Below are positions 1-12,877 of a stretch of DNA of 64,000 bases, piece after piece. The position numbers were made by a program, and so were the translations under genes. The notes beneath the pieces were generated by a model. That model was given only the letters and a program-made list of their open reading frames with translations. It was not told the origin of the DNA and searched no databases. The DNA is taken from assembly GCF_009834535.1 (NCBI RefSeq), contig NC_045696.1, positions 58,592,001 to 58,656,000 of the forward strand, read 5' to 3'. The first letter of the stretch is position 1. Every line of letters begins with the position of its first letter. The stretch is from Camelus ferus. Lineage: Eukaryota.

Positions 1-190
1 ATATTATATAAGTTGCAGGTATATATAATGGCGATACACAACTTTTAAAGGTTATATACTCCATTTGTAGTTACTATAAAATTTGGCTATATTTCCTATG
101 CTATATACAATATATATCCTTGTTGCTTATTTTATGCATAGTACTCTGAACCTCTTTACCCCCTATCCCCATATCTTGCCCCTAACCCTC
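1..190 (-). mobile_element. L1 3'UTR fragment
   Basis: Reverse complement resembles the L1 3' ends at 13740-13910 and 23650-23790. Confidence 0.65.
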
Positions 191-256
191 ACCAAACAAA
201 AATCTTCCCCATGTCTTTGAACTGGAGGGCCAGTTTCCTGTTATACACCTTACAAC

Positions 257-631
257 TGTCATAGTATATACAATGTGAGAGATGTGAGTGAGTTTTACAT
301 GGGGCAAAGTGAGGACTATAGCTCAGGAGGCAGGATTTCAGAGAGCTCTGAGAAACTGCTCTGAAGAGCTCGGGGGGAAGGTCAGTATAACATATGATTT
401 TAGTGCTTTTCTAGGTATAAGAAAATAGAAGAATTTGGACTCATAATAAAATTTTCTCCAAGAAATATCTAACTATGTGAAAGCCTGTTTGGCCAGTTTC
501 TCCCAAAGCACAGAGTGCCTCATTCCTGATCTCCATCTGAACTCTTCAGGGTGTGTTGAAGGTCAGTGGCTGCAGCTTGTGATTTAAGTTACAGGTGGAG
601 GCATAGGACGAGTGCCAATTTTTAATTGGCG
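257..631 (-). mobile_element. ERV1 LTR (family A), possibly solo
   Basis: Shares blocks with 819-1268 (gaggactatag...agctctgagaaactgctc); possible imperfect TSD caac/cacc. Confidence 0.65.
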
Positions 632-796
632 CACCATCAAATAAAACTCAGGCTCTACCAATGATTGGGATGTCTGAGAAACAGGAGAGGCTTATGGAAA
701 TTCATCTGGACTCTGAGGAGGTGGACAGTGGACACACTGGTGGCACCAAGTCTCCAAATCCTAGTAGTGTTCAGGCGAAGATGAAGTCTGCTGTAG

Positions 797-814
797 GTCC
801 CTTCATGATCACCA
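797..814 (-). promoter_or_regulatory. Primer-binding site, tRNA-Arg (TCG-type)
   Basis: gtcccttcatgatcacca vs recalled tRNA 3' end GTCCCTTCGTGGTCGCCA (three G>A differences), 4 nt from the LTR edge. Confidence 0.7.
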
Positions 815-818
815 AAAC

Positions 819-1268
819 TGTTGACTGAAGAAAACACACAAAAGCTGAAAGTTACAAGTTTTACTTGGGGGCCTTACTGAGGAATATAAACCCGGGAGAC
901 AGCCTCTCAGATAGCTCTGAGGAACTGCTCAGAAGAGGTAAGGGAAGAGCCAGGATATGAGTTTTTTTTTTTTTTTTCTCCCTGAAAGAGAAAAAAATGT
1001 AATTGATAAAAAAAAAAATTACTGCTTATCACAAAAAACAGATCAAGTTAATGATTTTAGTATGTTTCTATGTCTAGGAAGAGTATGGGCTCCTTGAAAT
1101 TATTCCTTAGGTATGAATCTTAACTACGTAGGGCCAATATCCAAAGCAAGAAATGCTTTCTATTTTTCTCCATACTGAATTCTCTTCAGGATGTACCATG
1201 GGCAGGTGGTGGCTACAGTGGCTGGTGGCTTGTAGGACTGGAATGGCAAGCAACATTTCTTTTCCACA
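819..1268 (-). mobile_element. ERV1 LTR (family A)
   Basis: TG...CA termini; PBS on one side and short purine tract (atcctctt on +) on the other. Confidence 0.75.
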
Positions 1269-4200
1269 ATCCTCTTAAATACTACCTATGTGCCAGCTGT
1301 CAAGGTATTCATAGGCCCACAACTGGTAATCAAAATTGCAAACAAAAAAATGTACCCTTGAGGGGGCACACCAAATGCTAAACATTGTTGAACTTTAGGA
1401 CACAGTTAAGCCAGCGATCACTGTCTCATCTTTACATACTGGAGTCTCAATCATTATCAGTGTGGCTGAAACACTTAGGTATTAAATATGGAAGGGATAT
1501 AGGCTAGGAAAAATAAGTACTGTTTTTTACAATATCCTGACCAAGTAGAAGTTTGACAAGAGTAAACACCAGTGTCTACTTTCTTTTTACACAAAGAGAG
1601 CACCAAATTTTGACTTAGTAAAGAAAAAAAAAAGAAAAAAAAAAAAAAACGCAGAGGGGTGGGTGATGGCAGGAAATTCTGTTGATTCACCTAACTTGGG
1701 ATGTTACATTAGAGGGCTTTTTATCTTAAGTCACAGTGACTTTAGAGATGGTTGTAAAAATTGATGAAAGACACAACCAAGGGGTCAGCATGGTCAAATA
1801 CAGAAAATGATTTTGGATGACATATCTAACCACTAGAGAGATTATCTGGTTTTGCTAAAGTCTGAGAAATCCTGATTATTGAATTGTCCTTCCAAGCCTG
1901 GGAAGTTAGGTTATAAGTTATTTAATTTGCCTTTTGAAGAGTTTTACTTTACCACAGTCAACCATTGCAGCAATTCTGTTCACCCCAATTTCTTTCTCAT
2001 AGCTTCCTTCTGAAAAGGAACTTAAGATCTGTTAGGGCTCATTTACCCAGAGGAGTCCAGGTCTGGAACCAGTAAAGGTTTGGATGATTTCAATTATGGA
2101 TCTCTTCTGCAGCATGGTTTCCGTTTCCCATTGTGTTCCTGTAGATGAGACAGGATGGCTCCGTTCGTCTCTGCGGGACCAGCTTAACTCGAGTGTGATG
2201 GATCCATGTCTTAATTCTCCTCAGTTTTACTTAGGAATGGGTCATGGGTAGCACCTTATAGGGCCTGATCTAGTGAGGATGGAGCTGGTCTTCCGTTTAT
2301 TTTTCAAAGATTTCAGCAGGACTCAGTCTCAAGAATATAAGTGGTCACCAAGAAGCATGTAATTTCCAACAAAGGTTTAAAGCTCCAGATATTTCTTCAG
2401 TTATTCTTGCTATAAAGGCCCCTCCAGTCTCACTCTGAAATGGACTTAGCCCAAGCCTAGGACTTCTTTCTTTCTGTAGGGTGTTAACCTTTTTCAGACC
2501 ACCAAGGAAACCAGTGGTAGTGTCCACAAATATCAGTAAGCGCCTAAGGTCTCTAGTGGCCCTTCAACATCATAGTAAAATCAGTCTGAGTCTGAACTCT
2601 GATTCTTCCATCTGTGAAGACCTCAGAGTCTGGGTCACCCGGTGGAAGGTGCCTCAGGTCAGGACTAGAACAGAGCATCCAGTTATCTAAATGCAATCTT
2701 GACACATTCGAATTTTGTCCTCTCCCAGCACTCACATCCTAATCAGGGTCTGCTGTTGACGCATCATGCCTTCTACAGCCCGTACAGCGCTGTCTGGGAC
2801 ATCCGCATGGAGGGGATTGGCTTCCTCCCTAGTTTCTTCTAGCACCCTCCTGAAGTGGAGGATGTTTACTAAATTTTGAACATCGGCCCCAGTTAGGTTG
2901 TGGGTTGAAAAAGTCTCTCAATTCTCTGTTATCTGTAAGTTGCCATATTGTTTTTCCAGTTAAATAAATCCAAAGTTGAAAAAGGAGAGTGGACCCAAAT
3001 TAATTCCATCATCTGAACAGTCTCAGCATTCACACCTCTAATGGGAACTTGTCTTAGTGGATATTGCCCCACCTGGGTTTTAATAGCTCCCTGGCCAATT
3101 TGAGTACCCTGGTGTGTATGAGATGGGGAATTCATTCCTAGTTCTTGGGTATGCTTACTAGGAGTCTTTGATGAAACAGCCCTCATACACAGTGACAGTC
3201 CCTTTGCTACTGAGTCTAATTTAGTTTTGGAGTATAAAAATAAATCATCTATAAGTGTTTTTGTACAAGCATCAGATTAAGGTAGTAAAAGCATCAGATT
3301 AAGATAACTGTCTCTGGAAGACAAGACTTAAAGGCACAGTTAAAGACCTGATTATAATGCAGTTGTCAAGGAAATTTAGCTATTTGTGCCATACAACACT
3401 GAAGATAACTAAAGCGTTTATATTAATGATGTGTACCCATACAATATAGTTGAAGCGTCATTCATTTGACAGTGGTTCCCATGTAATTTAACATACCAAA
3501 TAACCCTAATTAACTTAATATCTTTCTTTCATATGGAGAAAGATCTCTTGAGATGTTCCAGGAGCCCTCTGGAAAACCCCAAATAAAAGTTTTGCTACAG
3601 GTCAAATCAATTTCAATTAGAATTTAACCATTGAGAAGTTTACCAAAAATTTTAAAATCTTTTTGGTAACACTTGGTCAAATAGGATCGTAGATCACTGG
3701 GAAACAATACTTACTCACTTAACCAAAGTGACAATAAAAGATTTTAAAGACAAATATGAAAAGTTATAACGGAAGTCTATATAACTTAAATCACTTTTAA
3801 AAAGGTAAGGAAACTTTCAATCCATTATCAAAAGCGGTTCAATATTCTTGAATTAGTTAAAGTAAACTGACGTACTTCCCTATTTAAATTCAATCAAATC
3901 TTAACCTGTCCTGACCAGGCAGAAAAGTTTTTAAGATTCCTTTTCTACAAATCTTCTATAACTATTATTTCCTTATTTTCTTTCCCATTTTGAAATAACC
4001 AGCTTTAGGACAAAATTACTTCTTCCTTAACACAAAGCATTTTCATTCTTCATACCTTCTTTTACTGAATAAACACATCCTACTTTGCCTGGATACTGAG
4101 ATGTTTTCCTTATTTCTGACAGATTTAACTACATTTTAAACCTTAAAAACCTTAATCTCTAGCAGAAACCCAACAAGTGAGAAATTGTGAATTGTCATAC

Positions 4201-5849
4201 CAGCATTTACTGATTAGCCAACTTATGAACATGTTCTATAATCTCTAGAAGCACATTTTCCTCACAGTATAGATTCCTTCTTCAATATGGTATAAAAGCT
4301 GTTTTTAAAACCCCAAATCTTTAGTTTCTTTTTACTAAGAGGACAAAAATTGAACTTGGGCTCATTTAGCAATTAATGTTCTAGTACGCTCTTATTTGAA
4401 ATGATCTGGATATTCAATGAATTCCCCATCATTTAACTTTAGAGTTTTGTTAAATTACCAGCATCTGGAAAGACTTAAGTAGACATTCCTAAAACAGTTA
4501 TTCCTTAAGGAGTTCACCTTAACACCTCTTCTCATTAAGTAAATTAAATTGTAAATGATAAAACTTGTTTTACTATATCAAGTTAATTTTCTTGACAAAC
4601 CTTATAACAAATATGAACTTGACTTTAAGTAAGCCTAGGTACAATAAAATTATCACACTTACTGTTGATGACTCTTAAGTTGTCTTAATACAGACATGTC
4701 TTTAAACTTGTTAGCCACTAAAGATTAACCCTAGATCATGTGATTTTTAAAAATTTGGATTAGCTTCTGTCCTGTTTGAGAATTTATATAGTCAATTTTC
4801 TTTAAACCACTTTGTTTCCTTTAGGCCAATTAAGTAGAGCTTATTTACAAATTAATTTTGATAAAATCATTCATAGGTAGAGACATTTATCTTTGTACAC
4901 ATAGACATATATACATCCATAGAGATATATTCACAGATCTCAGTTTACCTGCAAAGGTCTCTTCGTTTTCTCCCCTCATCTCAGGAATTGGAGAGGGTCT
5001 AGGTAAGAGTAAGCTAGGAGTTCCTGAGAGCCCTGGCAGAACACTGACATATCAGAGGCATGGGGAAAGAAATACAAGATCCTCCTAGAAAGATTTGTTT
5101 TCTTAAGGTCAGTTCCTAAGGTCAGAATTAATGTTTTAATCAAGTCAGCTTTCTCTAATGCATACACAAAACCCGTTTTGGAATGTCAAAGAACCGCATC
5201 TTGGACATTTTTCTCCAGAAATCTAAGAAGTGTTATAGCCACACAGCGGTACAAAAAATATTTTTCCTTTGAAAGTCAAATAGTTTTGGAAAATGCTCCA
5301 AGAGGAACTGAATTAACATTTCTCATTTTGAAGAAGTTTTGCTTCCAGGTGGCCACAGCAACAAAAGTAGTTTTGCTGCTGCTGCAAAGGAAGCCAGCCC
5401 CCAACAAGAGCCAACTCGTATTAAGACAATCCAAGAAGAAGGGCATAAACAAGACCAAAACAAAACCGAGAACCAGAGCCTGGGCTTTTAACCCAGGCAC
5501 AGAGTACCTCAGCAGCTGTAACTTTTTATATTGTCTGCCCAAATCCTGCCATGTGGGCCTCCAACCCAAGACAGGATTGCCAGATAATCTAGGCACAGGT
5601 GTATTTCTTGAGGCTGCTCACCCAAAAGTCATCTTCTAAACGCAAACTCCAAAACCGTTTCTTCACTACAAAACAGAACTAAGCGCTGAAGGTCAGTGGC
5701 ACCTCCCTGGGAAATCCAGAGGATGGTCCCTGAAACAAATGGACCGGGCTGCTGCTTGGATTTCTCCTCAGGCTCTCAATACAAGCACGGGGCCAGTGAA
5801 CTGTGGGCAAGAGCTCAGCCTGTACTTACCTCCTGGCTGGCTCAAGTTT
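1269..5849 (-). mobile_element. Defective ERV1 internal region: leader, AT-rich block, gag CA fragment, integrase tail, partial env
   Basis: WVHSPFSTLDLFNWK (ORF 2929..3186); WIHHTRVKLVP at ~2175-2207; 1280-2345 is homologous to 7110-8320, and 5400-5845 to 16200-16660. Confidence 0.85.
5830..5843 (-). promoter_or_regulatory. Primer-binding site, tRNA-Arg (ACG-type), overlapping the ERV splice donor GAG|GTAAGT
   Basis: ctcctggctggctc matches recalled tRNA-Arg(ACG) 3' end CTCCTGGCTGGCTCG-CCA. Confidence 0.75.
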
Positions 5850-6380
5850 TGTTACCAAACCAGATTTGTCTTCCCCTGATGCACGGCAAGCTGAGATGCC
5901 GTGGTTTGCAGCAAAGAGGGTTTATTCATAAGGCAGCCAAGTGAGGGGACAGGAAGACAAATCTCAAATCTGCCTCCCCAAAGGCAAAGGCCTCTGAATA
6001 TTTATGGGATAGAGAAGCAGGGCTGCCTGAGGTGTGGGGAAAGGTGATTGGGAAAAGGCGTGGTAATTAACATTCTGGGCAGGGGTAACTAGGCTACATG
6101 CCTCTGCATGTTCTGAGGGTGGAGTGGGCCCTCTGATGTCAAAGGGTCATGCATGCCCAGCTGAAGGGTCAGTGGTGCCATCCAGTCTTAACCAGCTCCA
6201 CTGAACTAGGTATAGCTGACCCCAAGTATCTGGAAAACACCTTGGGTGAACATCTTAAGTTTAGGCTATGTGCCACTTGGAGGACATGCAAGTCTTTTAT
6301 AACAATTAGAACTACCTTGATTAGTGAAGGCACGTTACAAGTGAAATGAATTAAACTAATGATTGATTGCCCACAGTTTG
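5850..6380 (-). mobile_element. ERV1 LTR (family B), middle copy
   Basis: Colinear with 16663-17217; AATAAA (- strand) at 5921-5926; PPT-like tctatctttt at ~6381-6390. Confidence 0.9.
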
Positions 6381-8100
6381 TCTATCTTTTGATCATTCTT
6401 CAATCTTGAAGGAAGAGGGACCATGACTGCTCTGGCTACTTCCTGCTGATAAATGGCACAGATCTAACAAAGACTTGAGAAATGAAGCCATTTTTAGTGT
6501 TTACTGAAATATTCTCTTGTTTCCAGTTTCAAGTTTAACAAGTCCTGATAAAGCATTGGAGAGCACAATTTACAACTAAATACACAAATAAAAAGGTGAG
6601 GAGTATAGATAACCCAAGTTTTTAATTCCCTGAAGAACAGACCTAATTCTCTTAGGGAATCCAGGGGAACAGTCCTGAAAACTAGTCAGGAGGTGGTACT
6701 TCCAGAGATACTTGTAGTCAAGTAGCCTGTTGCCTAATTTTGTCTATATGGTTTTCTATTTCAGCAGAGGTGGTAATGTATTCACAACAGCACAAATCCC
6801 ACCCGATTCAGCCAATACATAACCTAGAGCTATACAGTTCTGTAGGACTGCTTTGGCTAATGACTCAATTTCCTTCAGGCCAATTATAGCTAAACACCTA
6901 GGGGAGCAGAAAAGTTTTGATCCTGTGGTCATGTTATCAGACTTCCCACCATGGCAAAAGCGCTCTATCAAACATACCAAAATCCATCTTTTCTTGATAT
7001 CCAAGCAAGTAGATGGTCCTTTTTATTCTAGAGAACAATTTTAAAGAACTGGTTCAATGTTGGGTCTCATTTGGATTGTGGATAGAAAAGGTGACAAAGT
7101 ATCCAATATATACATACCACCTGTGTGCCACCTATCAAGGCATTCATAGGCCCAGGATTGATAATTAAAACTGCAGACATAGATGTCTTGCATTCTGTGT
7201 GACCCCTTAGTGTGCACAGAACACCAAGCATGATAAAATTTATGCCACTTTTAGGGATTTTATTTAGGATACAGTCAAGCCAGGGATCCAAGCAATGCAA
7301 TATCCAGGAGGAATCATTTAATTTGCAAATAGGCAGAGGTGTAGGCTCCCCTTGAGGGTGTGTTTTTTCTTGTTTTACCTTTTTATATATTGGAGTGGCT
7401 TGATCGCTATCAATTTGGCTGAAATACTTGGATATTAAATATGGAAGGGACATAGACTGGGAAAAATAAGTACTGTTTCTATAATATCCTGACCAATTAG
7501 AATTTTGACCAAGGTAGACACCAGGGATTTGGGGTTTTTTGTTTGGTTTTTTTTTTTGAAGGACAGAGGGCCAAATTTCAGCTTAGACAAGAAAAAACAC
7601 AGCAGGCAGAAATTCTGTTGATTAGCCTAATTGGGTTATATCTGAAGGCTTCCCCCCACTCACCCAACTCATAAGTCAGTGATGTTAGGGATGGTTGGAA
7701 AACTGACAGGCATAGTCAAGGGGTCAGCATGATTAAATACAGGAAATAGTTTTGGATGACACATCCAACAGCTAGAGAGACTACCTGCTTTTGCCAAAGT
7801 CTGAGAAATCCTAATCATTAAAGTGTCTTTCCAAGCCTCGGAGAATTAGAAACAGAAAGCATAACAAAAGGGGGGAAAATCATTCTGGTAACCTAACAAG
7901 TTATTTAAATTGGTTTCTGAAGAGTTTTGCTTTACAAAGTCACCGCTGCAGCAATCCCATTTACTTTGTTTCTTTTTCATGGCTTCCTTCTGAAAAGCAA
8001 ATTAAAGACCTACTAGAGGTTCACTTTCCCACTTGGTGAAGCCAATGTCAGGGTCCAGAACCAGCCAAGGTTTAGACCATCTCAGTGGTGGTTCTCTTCT
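6381..8100 (-). pseudogene. env: Decayed gamma-type env
   Basis: TM immunosuppressive domain SLAKAVLQNCIALGYVLAESGGICAVVN (ORF 6756..7004); SU CWMCH (CXXC) at ~7755-7772; stops and frameshifts. Confidence 0.8.
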
Positions 8101-9068
8101 GCAGCATGGTTTCTGCTTCCTGTTGTGTTCCTATAGATAGGACATGGTGGCTCTGTTGATCTCAGCGGGACCAGCTTAACTTGAGTGTCATGGATCCATT
8201 ACATAATTCCCTTCAACTTTACCAAGTAGCACCTCATAAGGTTGGTCCAGTAAGGATGGAACTGGCCTTCTGTTTTTCAAGATTTCAGCAGGACCCTGTC
8301 TCTAATATGGAAGTGGTGCAAGGGAACATCCATGGGAAATACTAACCTGCTAGAAGCAAATGTGTATAGCAGAGGAGCTGCCCATGTTCTGAGTTAGGAC
8401 TCCAAGGCAGATTCCTCCAAGGTGGATTCCTTGTTTCTCAAGAATAAATCAAAGGACTTTATGGTATCTGTAAGATTAAAGCCAGGGCAACTAGTAGTTT
8501 CTTTGATGACCTGGAATGCCTTATGGCATTTCTCAGTCCAGTTGAGATGTTCACTGTCTCCTCCTTTAAGAGCTTCACAAAGAGGTTTTGCTATGAGTCC
8601 AAAGTTAGGAATCCAAATGTGACAGAACCCAGACTTTCCCAGGAATCCTTGCAGTTGTCCCTTTGCCATTGGGAACCTCAACCATGGCTAGAGCTTCCCT
8701 TCTGTCAGAGAGCAAGTCTGTCCCTGTGAGCATTCAAAATCCAAATATTTAAACAATATTCAAAATTGCTGAGCAATTTGTGCCTTTTTATTAAATACCT
8801 TATAGCTTCATTCAACCAAGTAGTTCAAAGTCTATATATTTGCTCTGAGGTGTCCTTTGTATTAGCAAACAGAATATCATCCACATACTAGAGCAGGGCT
8901 CCATCATTTAGTTGAGGGCCCCTAAGTCTTTTGCCAGGATTTCTCTAAACATTGTGGGGGTTTTTAAGTCCCTGAGGAAGTACTGTCCAACAGAACTATT
9001 TCACTTTTGTTTAATTTTGTATCTAGATCTTCCCATTTGAAAGCAGATAACTTTTGGGATTCAAAACT
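8100..9068 (-). pseudogene. pol: Decayed ERV pol, 3' part (RT core and thumb, internal deletion, integrase tail)
   Basis: WTVLPQG ~8973-8993; *YVDDIL ~8870-8890; FLGKSGFCHIWIPNFGLIAKPL (ORF 8394..8681); WIHDTQVKLVP ~8167-8198. Confidence 0.88.
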
Positions 9069-12000
9069 AAAAGATACACAGATAGACTTGTTATTTATTG
9101 ATATTCCACCCCAAAGCAGCAGAATATACATTCTTTAAGTGCATGTGGAACATTCCCCAGGATATATCACATGCTAGGTCTCAAAACAAACCTCAGTAAA
9201 TTTAAGAAATTTGAAATCCTCTCAAGCATCTGTTTTGACCACATCAGACATCTTTTCTGACCACAACACTATGAGATTAGAAATCAACTACAAAAAAACA
9301 AAAACAAACAACAACAACAAAAAAAACTGCAAAAAACACATGGAGGCTAAACAATACGCTACTTAACAGACAAATGGATCAATGAAGAAATCAAATTAAT
9401 CAAATACCTAGAGGCAAAACAAAAACATGATGATCTCAAACAAACAAAATCCAAAGTTAGTAGAAGGAAAGCAATCATAAAGATCAGAGTAGAAATAAAT
9501 GCAGAAAATAAAATGGAGGAAAAGAATAGAAAAGATCAATAAAACTAAAAGCTAGTTCTTTAAAAAGATAAACAAAATTGATAAATCTTTAGCCAAACTC
9601 ATCAGGAAAAAAAGGGAGAGGGCCCAAAACAATAAAATCAGAAATGAAAAAGCAGAAGTTACACCTGACACCACAGAAATACAAAGGATCCTAAGAGACT
9701 ATTGCAAGCAACTATATGCCAATGAAATGAACAACCTAGAAGAAATGTGCAAATTCTTAGAAAGGTACCATCTCCCAAGACTGAACCAGGGAGAAACAGA
9801 AAATATGAACAGGCCAATTACCAGTAATAAAACTGAATCAGTAACTTAAACTCCCAGCAAACAGAAGTCCAGGACCAGATGGCTTCACAGGTGAGTGCTA
9901 CCAAACATTTAGAAAGTTGACACATATTCCTTCTGAAACTATTCCAGAGTATTGAAGGAAGTATTGCAGGAAGAAAGGATCACTTCCAAACTCATTCTAT
10001 GAGACCACCATCACCCTGATACCAAAACCAGACGCAGGTAACACAAAAAGAAAGTTACAGGCCAATATCACTGATGAACATAAATGCAAAAATCCTCAAC
10101 AAAATCCAACAATACATTAAAAGGATCATACATCAGGATAAAGAGAGATTTATCTCCAGGATGCAAGATGATTCAATATCTGAAAATCAATCACTGTGAT
10201 ACACCCCGTTAAAAAACTGAGTAAAAACCAGACCATCAATAAATGCAGAAAAAGCTTTTGATAAAATTCAATATCCATTTATGATTAAAAAAAAAACTCT
10301 CCAGAAAGTAGGCATAGAGTTGAACGAACCTCAACATAATAAAGGTCATATAGGACAAGCCCACAGCTAGCATCATACACAGCGGTGAAAAGCTGAAAGC
10401 ATTTCCTCTAAGATCAGGAACAAGAAGATGATGCCCACTCTTGCCGCTTTTATTCAACATAGTTTTGGAAGCCCTAATCATAGCAATCAGAGAAGAAAAA
10501 GAAATAAAAGGAATCCAAATCAGAAAAGAAGTAAAACTGTCATTGTTCATGGATGACAGGAGACTATACATGGAAAACACTAAATAAGCGACCAGAAAAC
10601 TACTGGAGCTCAATGAATTTGGTAAAGTTGCAGGATACAAAATTAATATACAGAAATCAGTTGCATTTCTATACACTAACAATAAAATAGCAGAAAAATA
10701 AATTAAGGAAAGGATCCCATTTACCACCACACCAAAAAGAATGAAATATCTAGGAATAAACCTATCCAAGGAGGCAAAGGATCTGTACTCTGAAAATTAT
10801 GAGACACTGATGAAAGAAATTGAAGACAACATAAACATTTGGAAAGATATGCTGTGTTCTTGGATTGCAAGAATCAATATTGTTAAAATGGCCATACTAC
10901 CCAAGGTAATATACAAGTTCAGTGCAATCCCTATCAAATTACCAGTAACATTTTTCACAGAGCTGAAACAAAAAAATGTTAAAATTTGTATGGAAACACA
11001 GAAGACCCCAAATAGCCAAAACAATCTTGAAAAAGGAGAACGGATCTGGGGAAATCATGCTTCCTGACTTCAGACTATACTACAAAACTGTTGTTTTGTA
11101 ATCAAAACAATATAGTACTGGCACAAAAACAGGCACATAGATCAATGAAACATGATAGAAAGTACAGAAATAAACCCACACACCCCTGGTCAATTAGTCT
11201 ACAACAAAGGAGGCAAGAATATACAATGGAGAAATAAATGGTGCTGGGAAAACTGGACAACTACCTGTAAAAGACTGAAATTAGATCTCTAACACCAATA
11301 CAAAAATAAACTCAAAATGGACTAAAGACCTAAATGTTGGGGGAGGGTATAGCTCAAGTGGTAGAGCACAAGCTTGGCATGCACAAGGTCCTGGGTTCAA
11401 TCCCCAGTACCTCCTATAAACAAACAAACAAACAAACAAACCTAATTACCTCCCCCCCACCCACAAAAAATAAAAAAAAATTTTTAAAGACCTAAATGTA
11501 AGACCAGATGCTATAAAACTCCTGGAGGAAAACATAGGCAGAATACTCTTGGACATAAATTACAGCAATATATTTTTTGAACCAGCTCCTGGAGTAATAG
11601 GAATAAAAGCATAAATAAACAAATGGGACCTAATTAAACTTAAAAGCTTTTGCACAGCTAAGGATACCATCAACAAAACGAAAAGACAAACCTACAGAAT
11701 GCGAGAAAATATTTGCAAATGATGTGACCAACAAAGGACTAATTTCCAAAATATACAAATAGCTAATACACCTTAATATCAAAAAACAAGCTATCCAATC
11801 CAAAAATGGGCAGAAGACCTAAATAGACATCTCTCCAAAGTAAACATATAGATAGCCAACAAGCATATGAAAAGATGCTCAACATCACTAATTGTTAGAG
11901 AAATGCAAATCAAAATTATAATGAGATGTCACCTCACACCAGTCAGAATGGCCATCATTAAAAGGTCCACAATAAATGCTGGAGAGGGTGTGGAGAAAAA

Positions 12001-12435
12001 GGAACCCTCCTACACTGTTGGTGGGTATGTAGATTGGTGTCACTATGGAGGACAGTATGGAGGTTCCTTTAAAAACTAAAAATAGATTTATCGTATGATC
12101 CAGCAATCCCACTCCTGAGCATATACTTGGAGAAAAATATAATTCAAAAAGACACATGCACCCCAAAGTTCATAGCAGCACTACTTATTAATAGCCAATA
12201 TATAGAAACAACCCAAATGTGCATTAACAGATGACTGGATAGAGAAGAGGTGGTATATATATATACAATGGATACTACTCTGCCATTAAAAAGAATAAAA
12301 TAATGCCATTTGAAGCAATGTGGATGGACCTAGAGATTGTCATTCTAAGTGAAGTAAGCCAGAAAGAGAAATAAAAATGCCATATGATATTGCTTATATG
12401 TGGAATCTTAAAAAAAGGACACAAATGAACTTTTT
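9069..12435 (+). mobile_element. 5'-truncated L1 (decayed ORF2 plus partial 3'UTR) inserted in ERV RT
   Basis: [29 protein letters not shown]..., [16 protein letters not shown]...; many frameshifts. Confidence 0.95.
11338..11484 (+). mobile_element. tRNA-derived SINE (camelid Vic-1-like) inside L1
   Basis: A box tagctcaagtgg, B box ggttcaatcc, A-rich tail; TSD taaagacctaaatgt at 11323-11337 and 11485-11499. Confidence 0.92.
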
Positions 12436-12589
12436 ATTTATAACTTAAATGATTGATTTCTTGAATATGTGTAAGCACATTTGACTATTCTTTTTGATTG
12501 AATTACTACATTCTGTTGATCTTATGACCTATGTAAGTTAAAAAAGCTTAAGTTCTAGTTCTTAGAAAAAATGAACCATGCATATATGT

Positions 12590-12860
12590 AAATTAAAAAA
12601 ATATCCAGAATAGATAAATCCAGAGAGAGAGAGAATGTATATTGTGGTTTCCAAGGGCTGGGAGGATGGTGCCAATAGAGGGAAAGTGCTTAATGTGTAA
12701 GAGGTTTTATTTTGGGTGATGGAAATGTTTTGGAACTAGACAGAAGTGGTGTTTGCACAACATTGTGAATGACTGAATGCCACAGAACTGTTCATTTTAA
12801 AATGGTTAATTTCTAGGTGAATTTCACCTCAGTAAGTTATTTAAATAAATAATGAAATGC
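12590..12860 (+). mobile_element. Old L1M(B)-type 3' end fragment
   Basis: ggaaatgttttggaactagacagaagtggtg...cacaacattgtgaat resembles the L1M ends at 38700-38910 and 39780-40000. Confidence 0.7.
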
Positions 12861-12877
12861 CAAAAAAAAGAAAAAAG

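Noticed and set aside
5178..5639. 153/106 aa ORFs in the ERV leader as an accessory gene
   Set aside because: No equivalent ORF is apparent in the homologous leader at 16200-16660
11338..11420. tRNA gene (also at 38931 and 47865)
   Set aside because: A/B boxes are followed by a shared non-tRNA tail, an A-rich end and TSDs, so these are SINEs
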